A stretch of 64,000 nt of DNA from the NCBI GenBank assembly GCA_963771355.1, contig CAVYTA010000005.1, forward strand, positions 576,001 to 640,000. Direction: 5' to 3'. This document shows, in pieces, positions 54,810-64,000 of the stretch (positions are counted from its first letter, which is position 1; every line of letters starts with the position of its first letter). The notes beneath the pieces were generated by a model. The model was not told the origin of the DNA and ran no database searches. It was given only the letters and a program-made list of their open reading frames with translations. Position numbers and translations under genes: made by a program. This stretch comes from an uncultured Candidatus Rokubacteria bacterium (GTDB lineage Bacteria > Methylomirabilota > Methylomirabilia > Rokubacteriales > CSP1-6).

Positions 54810-56045
54810 ATGAGCTTCGTGACTCACATCGAGTGTACCGTCTGCGGCACGCGCCACGAGGCGGGCCGCCTGCTCACCGTCTGCGAGGCCTGCGGCCAGA
54901 TGCTCGCGGTGCGCTACGACCTCGGCAAGGTGGCGGCCGCCGTCACCAAGGACGCGCTCCGGGTGCGCCCGCCCGGGATGTACCGTTTCCGCGAGCTGGT
55001 GCCGCTTGCCGACGGAGAGGAGCCGGTCACCCTCGGGGAAGGCGGCACGCCGCTGCTCGAGCTGCCACGGCTGGCCGCGCAGGTGGGAGTAGGCCGGCTC
55101 TGGGGGAAGGACGAGGGACAGAATCCCACCGGCTCCTTCAAGGCGCGCGGCCTCGGGATGGCGGTCACCAAGGCGCGCACCCTCGGCGTGAAAGGGATGA
55201 TGATTCCCTCCGCCGGCAATGCCGGCGGCGCGGCGGCGGTGTATGGCGCGCGCGCGGGCGTGCCGGTGGCGGTGGTGGTCCCCCGCGGGACACCCGAGGC
55301 GGCGGTGGCCGAGGCCCTCATCGCGGGCGCCTTCGTCTTCACGGTGGACGGCTCCATCGCGACCGCAGGCCGGCTCACGGCCCGCGTGGCGCCGGCGCTG
55401 GGCTGGTTCGACCTGGCCACCCTCAAGGAGCCGTACCGCCTCGAGGGCAAGAAGACCATGGGGCTCGAGCTGGCCGAGCAGCTCGACTGGGACACGCCGG
55501 ACGTGCTCATGTACCCGACCGGTGGCGGCACGGGGCTGGTCGGCATCTGGAAGGCCTACGAGGAGCTCAGCGCGATGGGCTGGGTGACGTCGCCCCCGCC
55601 GCGCTTCGTGGCCGTGCAGGCCGAGGGCTGCGCGCCGGTGGTCAAGGCGTGGGAGGACAAGGCCGAGACCACCGCGATGTGGGAGAACCCGGTGACGCAT
55701 GCCGCCGGCCTGCGCGTGCCCGGACCATTTGCTGGTCGCCAGATGCTCCGCATCCTCCGGGAGTCCGGGGGGACCGCGCAGGCGGTGAGCGAGGACGAGA
55801 TCGTCGCCGCCCAGCATCTGCTGGCCCGGATCGAGGGCATCTGGACCGCGCCGGAGTCCGCGGCGGCGCTGGCCGCTCTCATCCGGCTGTGCGCGAGCGG
55901 CGAGGTCGGGTCGCGCGAGCGCGTGGTGATCATGCTCACCGGCTGCGGCTTCAAGTATGCCCCGCCGCCCTTGCCCGCGCCCGTCCACCTCGAGGGCTCG
56001 GAGGCCGCCATCCTGGACGCGGTGCGCCGGACCATCGGCGCCTGA
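54810..56045 (+). CDS. thrC: Threonine synthase (PLP, fold type II) with N-terminal Zn ribbon
   Basis: CTVC..CEAC, LGEGGTPL, NPTGSFKARG, SAGNAG, EGKKTMG, PTGGG. Confidence 0.85.
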   Translation: MSFVTHIECTVCGTRHEAGRLLTVCEACGQMLAVRYDLGKVAAAVTKDALRVRPPGMYRFRELVPLADGEEPVTLGEGGTPLLELPRLAAQVGVGRLWGKDEGQNPTGSFKARGLGMAVTKARTLGVKGMMIPSAGNAGGAAAVYGARAGVPVAVVVPRGTPEAAVAEALIAGAFVFTVDGSIATAGRLTARVAPALGWFDLATLKEPYRLEGKKTMGLELAEQLDWDTPDVLMYPTGGGTGLVGIWKAYEELSAMGWVTSPPPRFVAVQAEGCAPVVKAWEDKAETTAMWENPVTHAAGLRVPGPFAGRQMLRILRESGGTAQAVSEDEIVAAQHLLARIEGIWTAPESAAALAALIRLCASGEVGSRERVVIMLTGCGFKYAPPPLPAPVHLEGSEAAILDAVRRTIGA

Positions 56046-56175
56046 GCATCGCCGCCGTCCCGGTTCGCGGGCATCCGTTTTTGCACTGGCATCCCTCTGC
56101 GGGTGTGATCTAGTATCCGCGTTGCGCGTTTCCGGTCGGGAAGCGAGAGGCGGACAGCCAAACCAAGGAGCGGGC

Positions 56176-57441
56176 ATGAGCAAGCTCACGCGCAGGGGTT
56201 TTCTCAAGACGGGCGGGGCCGCGCTCGCGGGAGCGGCCGCCGCGGGCGGTCTCGGCGGATGCGCCGCCATCATGGGGGAGACCCAGCCGACGGCCCGGCG
56301 CCGCGTGGTGGTGATCGGCGGCGGCTGGGGGGGCGCCACCGCGGCGAAGTACGTGCGGATGGGCGATCCGAGCATCGAGGTCGTGCTGCTCGAGCCCAAT
56401 CGCCAGTTCGTCTCCTGTCCGTTCAGCAACCTGGTGCTGGCGGGGCTGCGGAACATCGAGAGCTTGAGCTTCGGCTATGGCGGGCTGCGCCAGCGCGGCG
56501 TGCAGGTACGCCACGAGATGGCCCTGGCGGTGGAGCCCGACACGAAGCGCGTCCGCCTCGCCTCCGGCTACCTCTCCTATGACCGGCTCATCGTCTCGCC
56601 GGGGGTGGACTTCCAGTGGGAGCTGGTCGAGGGGCTGCCGGCCGCCAAGGAGACGGTGCTCCACGCGTGGAAGGCGGGGCCGCAGACGGTGCAGCTGGCG
56701 CGGCAGATCCAGGCCATGCCGGACGGCGGCGTCTTCGTGCTCACGGTGCCGCCGGTCGCGTACCGCTGCCCGCCGGGCCCCTACGAGCGGATCTCCATGG
56801 TGGCCTGGTATCTCAAGGCCAACAAGCCGCGGTCCAAGGTCATCGTGCTGGACGCGAACCCGAACATCGTGTCGAAGACGGCGTTGTTCCGCGAGGCGTG
56901 GAAGGCCTACCCGAACATCGACTACCGGGCCACCAACCGGGTGGTGGCCGTCGATCCGGGCGCCCGCGAAGTCGCCACCGAATTCGGCCGCGTGAAGTAC
57001 GACGTCCTGAACCTGATCCCGCCCCAGCGGGCGGGGCAGATCGCGGTGGACGCCGGCCTCACCGGCGCGGACGGGCGCTGGTGCGAGGTGAATCACATCA
57101 CCTACGAGTCCCTGAAGCAGCCGAACGTCCACGTGATCGGCGACGCCACCACCGGCCTGCCGGTGCCGAAGTCGGGGAACGTCGCCAACAACATGGGCAA
57201 GATCACCGCCATCGCGGTGGTGGCCCTGCTGGGGGACAAGCCGGTGCAGCCCCTCGCCCCCGGCAATACCTGCTACAGCTGGGTCAGCAATACCGAGGCG
57301 ATCGCGGTGGTCAACGCCTACAAGATCGAGGGCGGCAAGGTAGTCCAGATCGAGCAGCGGCTGACGCCGGCTCAGCACGCGTCGGTGGCGGCGCGGGCCG
57401 AGGGCTGGACGCGGAGCATCTGGCACGACGTGATCGGATAG
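56176..57441 (+). CDS. fccB: Flavocytochrome c sulfide dehydrogenase flavoprotein subunit (FccB/SoxF-like), Tat-exported
   Basis: LTRRGFLK Tat motif, VIGGGWGG, SCPFSN, HAWKAG, RCPPGPYER, PKSG, NTCYS. Confidence 0.9.
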   Translation: MSKLTRRGFLKTGGAALAGAAAAGGLGGCAAIMGETQPTARRRVVVIGGGWGGATAAKYVRMGDPSIEVVLLEPNRQFVSCPFSNLVLAGLRNIESLSFGYGGLRQRGVQVRHEMALAVEPDTKRVRLASGYLSYDRLIVSPGVDFQWELVEGLPAAKETVLHAWKAGPQTVQLARQIQAMPDGGVFVLTVPPVAYRCPPGPYERISMVAWYLKANKPRSKVIVLDANPNIVSKTALFREAWKAYPNIDYRATNRVVAVDPGAREVATEFGRVKYDVLNLIPPQRAGQIAVDAGLTGADGRWCEVNHITYESLKQPNVHVIGDATTGLPVPKSGNVANNMGKITAIAVVALLGDKPVQPLAPGNTCYSWVSNTEAIAVVNAYKIEGGKVVQIEQRLTPAQHASVAARAEGWTRSIWHDVIG

Positions 57442-57455
57442 GCAAGGAGACTGCC

Positions 57456-58079
57456 ATGTCGACCATCTGTCGCCTCGCCGTCGTCGCCCTCGCCGGGGTC
57501 GCGGGCGCCGTGCTCGCGGGATCCGCGTGGGCGCAGGGCCCGGCCTCGACGGGGGGGCCCTTCGATACGCCGCTGGCCAAGGTGATCACCTGCTCGGCCT
57601 GCCACGGGGTGAACGGCAACAGCCGCACTGACGCGATGCCGATCATCGCGGGCATGGACGCGGCCTACATCAAGAAGCAGGTCCAGAGCTATGCCGCCGG
57701 CGGACGCCCCTCGCCGGAGATGGGTCCCTACTCCAAGCAGATCCTCGACGTCGGCGTCGATCAGGTGGCGGCCTTCTTCGCCGCCCAGAAGATGGAGCCG
57801 ACGCCGATCAAGGCCGATCCCGCGGCGGTGGAACGGGGCCGCGTGGCCGCCGCGACGTGCGTGGTCTGCCATGGTCCGGCGGGGAAGGGCAATCCCGCGC
57901 GCGGCATCGCGAGCCTGGCCGGCCAGGCGCCGGGCTACCTGCGTGACCAGATCCGGCTCTTCAAGCAAGACGCCCGAAATCCCGGCGATGCCGACCTCGC
58001 CGCGATGAAGGCGCTCATGAAGACGGTTCCCGACGAGCGGATCCCCGACCTCGCTGCCTACTACTCGAGCCTTCGCTAG
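57456..58079 (+). CDS. Dihaem cytochrome c (c4/FccA-like)
   Basis: Signal peptide; CSACH and CVVCH haem motifs. Confidence 0.9.
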   Translation: MSTICRLAVVALAGVAGAVLAGSAWAQGPASTGGPFDTPLAKVITCSACHGVNGNSRTDAMPIIAGMDAAYIKKQVQSYAAGGRPSPEMGPYSKQILDVGVDQVAAFFAAQKMEPTPIKADPAAVERGRVAAATCVVCHGPAGKGNPARGIASLAGQAPGYLRDQIRLFKQDARNPGDADLAAMKALMKTVPDERIPDLAAYYSSLR

Positions 58080-58121
58080 GCGGGAACGGGTGCGCGGCGC
58101 GCGCGCCCGCCGGCGGCCGGC

Positions 58122-58907
58122 GTGACGCCGGCGTTCGCGGCGACGCTGGCGCTGCTCGGCTTCGCGGGCGCCTTCGTCTCCGGCCTCGTGGGCGTGGGCG
58201 GCGCCATCGTCATGATCCCGCTGCTCTACTACGTGCCTCCGCTCCTCGGCGTGGGGAGCCTCCCGATGCGCGAGGTCTCCGGCGTGACCATGGTGCAGGT
58301 CCTCGCCGCCAGCGCGGTGGGCGCCTGGACCCACGGGCGCCACGCCGCCGTCCACCGCGGCCTCGCGCTTCGCGGTGGGATGGCCATGGCGGTGGCGTCG
58401 CTGGCGGGCGCGGTCGTCTCCAGTCAGCTCTCGTCCCGCGCGCTCCTGAGCGTGTTCGCGGTGATGGCCACGGTGGCCCTGCCGCTGCTCGCGGTCCGGC
58501 CGGTCGCCGCCGACAAGTCGGCGACGCCCGCGGGCACCGCGTTGTCCCGGACGCTCGCAGTGGTCGCGCTCGTGCTCATCGGCTTTGCCTCGGGGCTGGT
58601 GGGCGCGGGCGGCGCCTTTCTCACCGTGCCGGTGATGATCGCGCTGCTCCGCCTGCCGGTGCGCCTCGCCATCGGGACCTCTCTCGCGGTGACCGTCATG
58701 TCCGCGCTCACCGGCGTGCTGGGCAAGGCGCTCACCGCGCAGATCCCCCTCGGCCCCGCGGGGGCGGTGATGCTAGGCTCCCTGGTGGGGGCCCGGGTGG
58801 GCGCCCGTGTCAGCCGGCGCATCCCCGTCCGCGTGCTGCAAATCGTGCTCGCCGGGCTTGTCGCGCTGGTGGCGATCCGGGAGTGGTGGGACGTGCTGGG
58901 CCGATAG
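58122..58907 (+). CDS. TauE/SafE-family sulfite/sulfur-compound exporter
   Basis: GLVGVGGAIVMIP and GLVGAGGAFLTVP repeats, AIGTSL. Confidence 0.88.
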   Translation: MTPAFAATLALLGFAGAFVSGLVGVGGAIVMIPLLYYVPPLLGVGSLPMREVSGVTMVQVLAASAVGAWTHGRHAAVHRGLALRGGMAMAVASLAGAVVSSQLSSRALLSVFAVMATVALPLLAVRPVAADKSATPAGTALSRTLAVVALVLIGFASGLVGAGGAFLTVPVMIALLRLPVRLAIGTSLAVTVMSALTGVLGKALTAQIPLGPAGAVMLGSLVGARVGARVSRRIPVRVLQIVLAGLVALVAIREWWDVLGR

Positions 58908-58924
58908 GGCCCCAGGGAGACCGC

Positions 58925-60475
58925 GTGCGCTACGGCTTCGTGATCGACCAGCGGAAGTGCATCGGCTGTCACGCCTGCACGGTGGCCTGCAAGGAAGAGA
59001 ACCAGGTGCCGCTCGGCGTCAATCGCACGTGGGTGAAGTACATCGAGAAGGGGACTTTTCCCGACACGCGGCGCTACTTCTCGGTGCTGCGCTGCAACCA
59101 CTGCGACAACGCCCCCTGCGTGACCATCTGCCCCACGGTGGCGCTGTACCGCCGGCCCGACGGTATCGTGGACTTCGACGGCGACCGGTGCATCGGCTGC
59201 AAGTCGTGCCTGCAGGCGTGTCCCTACGACGCGCTCTACATCGACCCCGTCACGCAGACCGCGGCGAAGTGCCACTACTGCGCGCATCGGGTGGAGGTGG
59301 GACTGGAGCCGGCCTGCGTGATCGTCTGCCCCGTGCAGGCCATCGTCGCCGGCGACCTCGACGACGCCAACACGCCCATCGCGCGACTGGTCGCGGGCCA
59401 GCAGGTCCAGGTGCGGAAGCCGGAGCAGGGGACTCAGCCCAAGCTCTTCTACCTCGGGGCCGAGGCCTCCGCGCTGGTGCCGGAGATGCAGCGGCACGAC
59501 GGGCAGTACATGTTCGCGCAGGCGAGCACCATTCCGGTGCCGGGCCGGCCCAACCGGGCGTCGCCGCCCGTCGTCCCGCCGGCGGCGGCCGAGCCGGTGG
59601 ACCTGCTCCGCATGGCGCGCACCGTCTACGATGTCGCGCACGCCGAACGGCCGTGGGGCTGGAAGGTCTCGACCTATCTCTGGACCAAGTCGGTGGCGGC
59701 GGGGGCGCTGCTGGTGGCGGGCCTCGGCATGCTGGGCGGGCTCGCGTCCGGCAACATGCTCGCGGCCCGCGCCGCGCCCCTCATCGCCCTCGTCTTCCTT
59801 GCCTTGACCACCGCGCTGCTCGTCGCCGACCTCAAGCGGCCGGAGCGCTTTCTCTTCATCCTCGTGAAGCCCAACTGGCGCTCGTGGCTGGTGTGGGGCG
59901 GCTGGATCCTGATGGCCTACGGCGGGGTCGCCACCCTCTGGCTCCTCGCCGGGCTGGCCGGCCGCCCGGGGGCGCTCATCTGGCTCGCGGTGCCCGTCAT
60001 CCTCCTCGCCGGCGCCGCCGCGGGGTACAGCGCCTTCCTCTTCGGGCAGGCGGAGGGCCGTGACTTCTGGCAGAGCCCGCTGCTGCTCCCGCATCTCCTC
60101 GTGGCGGCCCTGGCCGCCGGCAGCGCGGCGCTGCTCCTCGTCGCGCGGGCCACCGGGGGCGGACTCGGCGCGCCCTGGGGGCTTCGCCTGGTGCTGTTCG
60201 GCTCCCTGCTCGCCACCGCGGTGATCCTTCTCGCCGAGCTGTTCGGCTCGCATCCCACGCGCGACGCCGGCCGCGCCGCCTGGCATCTCGCCCGCGGCCC
60301 GCTCGCCACCGCGCTCTGGGGCGGCGTGGGAGGAATGGGCCTCGCGCTGCCCGTCGCGCTCCTCGCCACCTCCTCGCCGGTGGCGTGGACGGTGGCCGCC
60401 GTCCTCGCCCTGATCGGCCTGTGGATCTACGAGGACCTCTGGGTCCGCGCGGGCCAGTCGATCCCGCTGAGCTGA
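58925..60475 (+). CDS. 4Fe-4S dicluster subunit fused to NrfD/PsrC-type membrane anchor
   Basis: CIGCHAC, CNHCDNAPC..CP, CIGCKSC, KCHYC..PAC; then PWGWKVSTYLW, DLKRPERF, SWL, RAGQ. Confidence 0.88.
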   Translation: MRYGFVIDQRKCIGCHACTVACKEENQVPLGVNRTWVKYIEKGTFPDTRRYFSVLRCNHCDNAPCVTICPTVALYRRPDGIVDFDGDRCIGCKSCLQACPYDALYIDPVTQTAAKCHYCAHRVEVGLEPACVIVCPVQAIVAGDLDDANTPIARLVAGQQVQVRKPEQGTQPKLFYLGAEASALVPEMQRHDGQYMFAQASTIPVPGRPNRASPPVVPPAAAEPVDLLRMARTVYDVAHAERPWGWKVSTYLWTKSVAAGALLVAGLGMLGGLASGNMLAARAAPLIALVFLALTTALLVADLKRPERFLFILVKPNWRSWLVWGGWILMAYGGVATLWLLAGLAGRPGALIWLAVPVILLAGAAAGYSAFLFGQAEGRDFWQSPLLLPHLLVAALAAGSAALLLVARATGGGLGAPWGLRLVLFGSLLATAVILLAELFGSHPTRDAGRAAWHLARGPLATALWGGVGGMGLALPVALLATSSPVAWTVAAVLALIGLWIYEDLWVRAGQSIPLS

Positions 60476-60483
60476 GGGAGACC

Positions 60484-63312
60484 ATGACCGATCGCGTGAC
60501 CGAACCGCTGCATCCGGTGGCGCGGGATCTGCAGGCGCCCGCGGAGGGCCTGCACCGTTTCCCGCCCGCCGCGCTCTGGGACAACTGGGAGGAGTTCGAC
60601 TCCCGTGCCTGGCCCCGCAAGGTGAAGCGCCAGTACTCGCTCATTCCCACCATCTGCTTCAACTGCGAGGCGGCCTGCGGGCTCCTCGCCTATGTGGACA
60701 AGCAGACCCTGAAGATCCAGAAGTTCGAGGGCAATCCCGCGCATCCGGGCAGTCGCGGCCGCAACTGCGCCAAGGGTCCCGCCACGCTCAACCAGATCAC
60801 CGATCCCGAGCGCATCCTCTACCCGCTCCGGCGGGTGGGCGCGCGCGGCTCGGGGGAGTGGGAGCGCGTGACGTGGGATCAGGCGCTCGACGACATCGCG
60901 GAGCGCATCCGCCGGGCCCTGGTGGAGAAGCGCCCCACCGAGGTGATGTATCACCTGGGGCGGCCGGGCCACGAGCTGATCTACCTCCAGCGCGTCTTCC
61001 ACGCGTGGGGCATCGACGGCCACAACAGCCACACCAATGTCTGCTCGGCGTCCGCGCGGGCAGGCTACGCCTTCTGGCACGGGCTCGACCGGCCCTCGCC
61101 CGATCACGCCAACGCGCGTGTGATCCTGCTCCTCTCCTCCCACCTCGAGGCCGGCCACTACTTCAACCCCCACGCGCAGCGCATCGTGGAGGGGAAGATG
61201 GCGGGGGCCAAGGTCTGCGTGATCGACACGCGGCTCTCCAACACCGCCTCGATGTCGGACTGGTGGCTGTCGCCCTGGCCGGGCACGGAGGCCGCGCTGC
61301 TGCTGGCCATGTGCCACGTGCTCCTGCGCGAGGGAACGTGGGACCGCGACTTCGTGCGGCGCTGGGTGAACTGGGAGGAGTATCTCCGCGAGGAGCGCCC
61401 GGCGTCGCCGGTCACCTTCGAGGCGTTCGAGACCGCGCTCAAGGCGCTCTACGCCGACTACACGCCGGAGTTCGCCGAGCGCGAATCGGGGGTGCCGGCC
61501 GCGCGCATCGAGGAGATCGCCCGCGAGGTCGGCCGCGCGGGGGGCGCGGTGTCCACCCACGTCTGGCGCAACGCCGCCGCGGGCAATCTCTGGGGCTGGG
61601 AGGTCGCGCGCGCGCTGGAGCTCCTCGTCGTGCTCGCGGGGGCGGTGGCCACCCCCGGCGGCACCGCGCCTTCGGGCTTCCACAAGGCGGTGCCGGCGCC
61701 GCCGATGATGCCGCCGCCCGGGAAAGTCTGGAGCGAGCTGCTCATGCCGCGCGAGTACCCGCTCGCCTTCTTCGAGATGAGCTTCCTGCTCCCGCACTTC
61801 CTCCGCGAGAAGCGGGGCAAGCTGGCGATGTACTTCACGCGCGTCTACAACCCGGTGTGGACGAATCCCGATGGGATGTCCTGGGTAGAGATGCTCTCGA
61901 ACGAGGCCACCGTGGAGCGGCACGCCTGCCTCACCCCCATCTGGAGCGAGACCGCGCACTTCGCCGACTACGTGCTCCCCATGGGGCATGCGTCCGAGCG
62001 CCACGATCTCATGAGCCAGGAGACGCACGCCGCGCGCTGGATCGGCTTCCGCCAGCCGGTGCTGCGGGTGGCGCTCGAGAAGCAGGGGCAGCGCTTCGAC
62101 TGGACGTGGCAGGCGCACGAGGCGGCCGGGCTCGGGCAGGTGTGGGAGGAGGACGAGTTCTGGATCGAGCTGTCCTGGCGCATCGATCCCGACGGGGCGC
62201 TCGGCATCCGCAAGTACTTCGAGTCGCCCTACCGGCCCGGCGAGAAGCTGCGCATCGAGGAGTTCTACCGCTGGATCTTCGAGTCGAGCGTGCCCGGGCT
62301 GCCGGCGGCGGCGCAGAAGGAGGGGCTGACGCCGCTGGCCTACATGCGCAAGTACGGGGCCTTCCTGGTGGAGGAGGGCGTGTACGCCACCCACGAAAAG
62401 GCGCCGTCGGCCGCGGAGCGCGAGGGCGCCCAGGTCGATCCCGTCACCCGGGTGGTCACCAAGGGCGGCGGCGCGGTGGGGGTGGAGATCGACGGCCGCG
62501 CCGCCGTCGGCTTTCCCACGCCGTCGCGCAAGCTCGAGTTCTACTCGAAGACCCTGAAGGACTGGAAGTGGCCCGAGCACGCGGTGCCGACCTATGCTCG
62601 CAGCCACGTGCACTGGTCCGAGATCGACCGCGCGCGGGGGGAGATGCTGCTGCTGCCGACGTTTCGCCTCCCGAACTTGATTCACTCGCGCTCCGGTAAC
62701 TCGAAGTGGCTGTACGAGATCTCGCACACGAACCCGCTGTGGCTGCATCCCGAGGACGCCGGCCGGCTGGGGGTCACCACCGGCGACCTGCTGAAGATCG
62801 AGACCGAGATCGGCTACTTCGTGGATCGCGTGTGGATGACGGAGGCGATCCGTCCCGGCGTCCTCGCCTGCTCGCATCATCTCGGGCGCTGGCGCCTCCA
62901 GGAGTCGACGGGCGGCGAGCGCTGGTCGACCGCGCTGGTGGACCTGCGCGCGGACACCCCGGGGAAGTGGCGGATGCGGCACCTTCACGGGGTGCGCCCA
63001 TTTGACAGCACGGACGGGGACTCGCAGCGCGTGTGGTGGGAGGACGCGGGTGTGCACCAGAACCTGACCTTCCCCGTGCATCCCGACCCGGTGAGCGGCC
63101 AGCACTGCTGGCACCAGAAGGTTCGCGCCGTCCGCCCCACCGCCGACGAGCGCTACGGCGACGTGTTCGTCGACACCGACCGGGCCCACGAGGTGTACCG
63201 GCGCTGGCTGGCGCTGACCCGGCCGGCTCCGGGCCCGGGGGGGCTACGGCGGCCGCTCTGGCTGCCACGCGCCTTCAAGCCCGACCCCTCCGCGTACCGG
63301 CTGGGCGGTTGA
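60484..63312 (+). CDS. Molybdopterin oxidoreductase catalytic subunit (Psr/Phs/Sre-like), no Tat signal
   Basis: CFNCEAAC...NCAKG, HNSHTNVCS, PWPGTE, ADYVLPMG, IHSRS, LWLHPEDA. Confidence 0.88.
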   Translation: MTDRVTEPLHPVARDLQAPAEGLHRFPPAALWDNWEEFDSRAWPRKVKRQYSLIPTICFNCEAACGLLAYVDKQTLKIQKFEGNPAHPGSRGRNCAKGPATLNQITDPERILYPLRRVGARGSGEWERVTWDQALDDIAERIRRALVEKRPTEVMYHLGRPGHELIYLQRVFHAWGIDGHNSHTNVCSASARAGYAFWHGLDRPSPDHANARVILLLSSHLEAGHYFNPHAQRIVEGKMAGAKVCVIDTRLSNTASMSDWWLSPWPGTEAALLLAMCHVLLREGTWDRDFVRRWVNWEEYLREERPASPVTFEAFETALKALYADYTPEFAERESGVPAARIEEIAREVGRAGGAVSTHVWRNAAAGNLWGWEVARALELLVVLAGAVATPGGTAPSGFHKAVPAPPMMPPPGKVWSELLMPREYPLAFFEMSFLLPHFLREKRGKLAMYFTRVYNPVWTNPDGMSWVEMLSNEATVERHACLTPIWSETAHFADYVLPMGHASERHDLMSQETHAARWIGFRQPVLRVALEKQGQRFDWTWQAHEAAGLGQVWEEDEFWIELSWRIDPDGALGIRKYFESPYRPGEKLRIEEFYRWIFESSVPGLPAAAQKEGLTPLAYMRKYGAFLVEEGVYATHEKAPSAAEREGAQVDPVTRVVTKGGGAVGVEIDGRAAVGFPTPSRKLEFYSKTLKDWKWPEHAVPTYARSHVHWSEIDRARGEMLLLPTFRLPNLIHSRSGNSKWLYEISHTNPLWLHPEDAGRLGVTTGDLLKIETEIGYFVDRVWMTEAIRPGVLACSHHLGRWRLQESTGGERWSTALVDLRADTPGKWRMRHLHGVRPFDSTDGDSQRVWWEDAGVHQNLTFPVHPDPVSGQHCWHQKVRAVRPTADERYGDVFVDTDRAHEVYRRWLALTRPAPGPGGLRRPLWLPRAFKPDPSAYRLGG

Positions 63313-63346
63313 CCGATTCCGGGACAGTGCCGTAGGGTGGGCGGAC

Positions 63347-64000
63347 ATGAATCTGGTCAGCCACGTCTACGCCGACGGCGACATCATGCAGGCGTGGCTC
63401 GATCACTATGTCAGGCTCGGGATCACCCGCTTCGACCTCGTGCTCCATGGCCCCGAGGCCGACAATGCCACCCTGCTGGGGCTGCGGGACCGCTACCCCA
63501 TCGTGATCCACGAGATGTACGGCGGGCCGTTCATCAACGCGGAGAAGAAGCGGCGGCTCGACCGCGTGCTGGCCGGGCTCCGGAACCAGTGGGTACTGCT
63601 GGTGGACAGCGACGAGTTCCTGGAGCTTCCCGCGCCCTCCCTGGGTGAGACGATCCGTCTCCTCGAGCGTACCGGCACGGACGCGCTCGCCGCGCCGATG
63701 CTCCAGCGGATCCGCGCCGACGGCTCGCTCGACAGCCCCGACGTCGTCCCGGATCCCTTCCGCGAGTTTCCTCTCTGCTCCTGGAACCTCTACGCGCTCA
63801 TGTCGGTGAAGGCGCCGGTGTCGAAGTTTCCCCTCTTCTACTGTCGGTCCGGCACCGAGATGACCGAGTCGGGAAACCACTACCCTCCGGTGGGATGCGT
63901 GGCCACGCCGGAGATCCTGCAGGGCGTGAGCCATCACTTCAAGTGGCGGAGCGTGGTGCTCGATCGCCTGCGGCGGCGCGCGGAGAGCCCCACGCGCACG
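63347..64000 (+). CDS. Glycosyltransferase family 2-like protein, 3'-truncated by window edge
   Basis: Open frame MNLVSHVYADGDIMQAWLDHYVRLGI...WVLLVDSDEFL...GNH...HHFKW; absent from ORF track because no stop in window. Confidence 0.78.
   Translation, partial: MNLVSHVYADGDIMQAWLDHYVRLGITRFDLVLHGPEADNATLLGLRDRYPIVIHEMYGGPFINAEKKRRLDRVLAGLRNQWVLLVDSDEFLELPAPSLGETIRLLERTGTDALAAPMLQRIRADGSLDSPDVVPDPFREFPLCSWNLYALMSVKAPVSKFPLFYCRSGTEMTESGNHYPPVGCVATPEILQGVSHHFKWRSVVLDRLRRRAESPTRT

Noticed and set aside
56069..56100. Sigma54 promoter before fccB
   Set aside because: GG-to-GC spacing is 11 or 9 nt in the two candidates, not the required 10
1085..63189. Many long alternative-frame and antisense ORFs (e.g. 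1085-3892, 7322-10126, 12168-14987, 29495-32143, 60427-63189)
   Set aside because: Arg/Gly/Pro/Ala-rich shadows of real genes, expected at very high GC; no family motifs

Overview
Very GC-rich, gene-dense bacterial DNA with about 58 coding regions; gene content is reminiscent of Rokubacteria/Methylomirabilota-type soil bacteria (inference only). No rRNA, tRNA, CRISPR array, transposase or phage gene was seen. The centrepiece is a ~21.6 kb divergent lipid locus (29336-50915). Its rightward arm is hpnH-hypothetical-hpnG-hpnA-hpnD-(Zn-ADH pseudogene)-Zn-ADH-ispH. Its leftward arm runs from shc through mlaEFDC into a PEP-mutase-like/nucleotidyltransferase fusion, a split ThDP (phosphono/sulfo)pyruvate decarboxylase, a second nucleotidyltransferase, a CDP-alcohol phosphotransferase, an HpnL-like membrane protein, inositol-3-phosphate synthase and an HpnN-like MMPL exporter. 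This suggests a phosphonate- and/or inositol-decorated hopanoid or co-exported lipid. The mutase carries a non-canonical catalytic loop (EDNIFPKKCS instead of EDKxxxxxNS). Other notable items: a UGSC-type selenoprotein with an in-frame TGA and SECIS-like hairpin at the left edge; a tungsten AOR operon ending in a MoaD-hot-dog fusion; a sulfur-redox cluster (FCSD, TauE, FeS-NrfD fusion, Mo enzyme without Tat signal); an EF-G paralogue; a class III cyclase with Glu at the purine-specificity site; apparent CTG/ATA start codons and leaderless promoters; a 152-bp element with 15-bp inverted repeats; and several frameshifts or deletions. All functional calls come from motif recognition by eye, not database searches.
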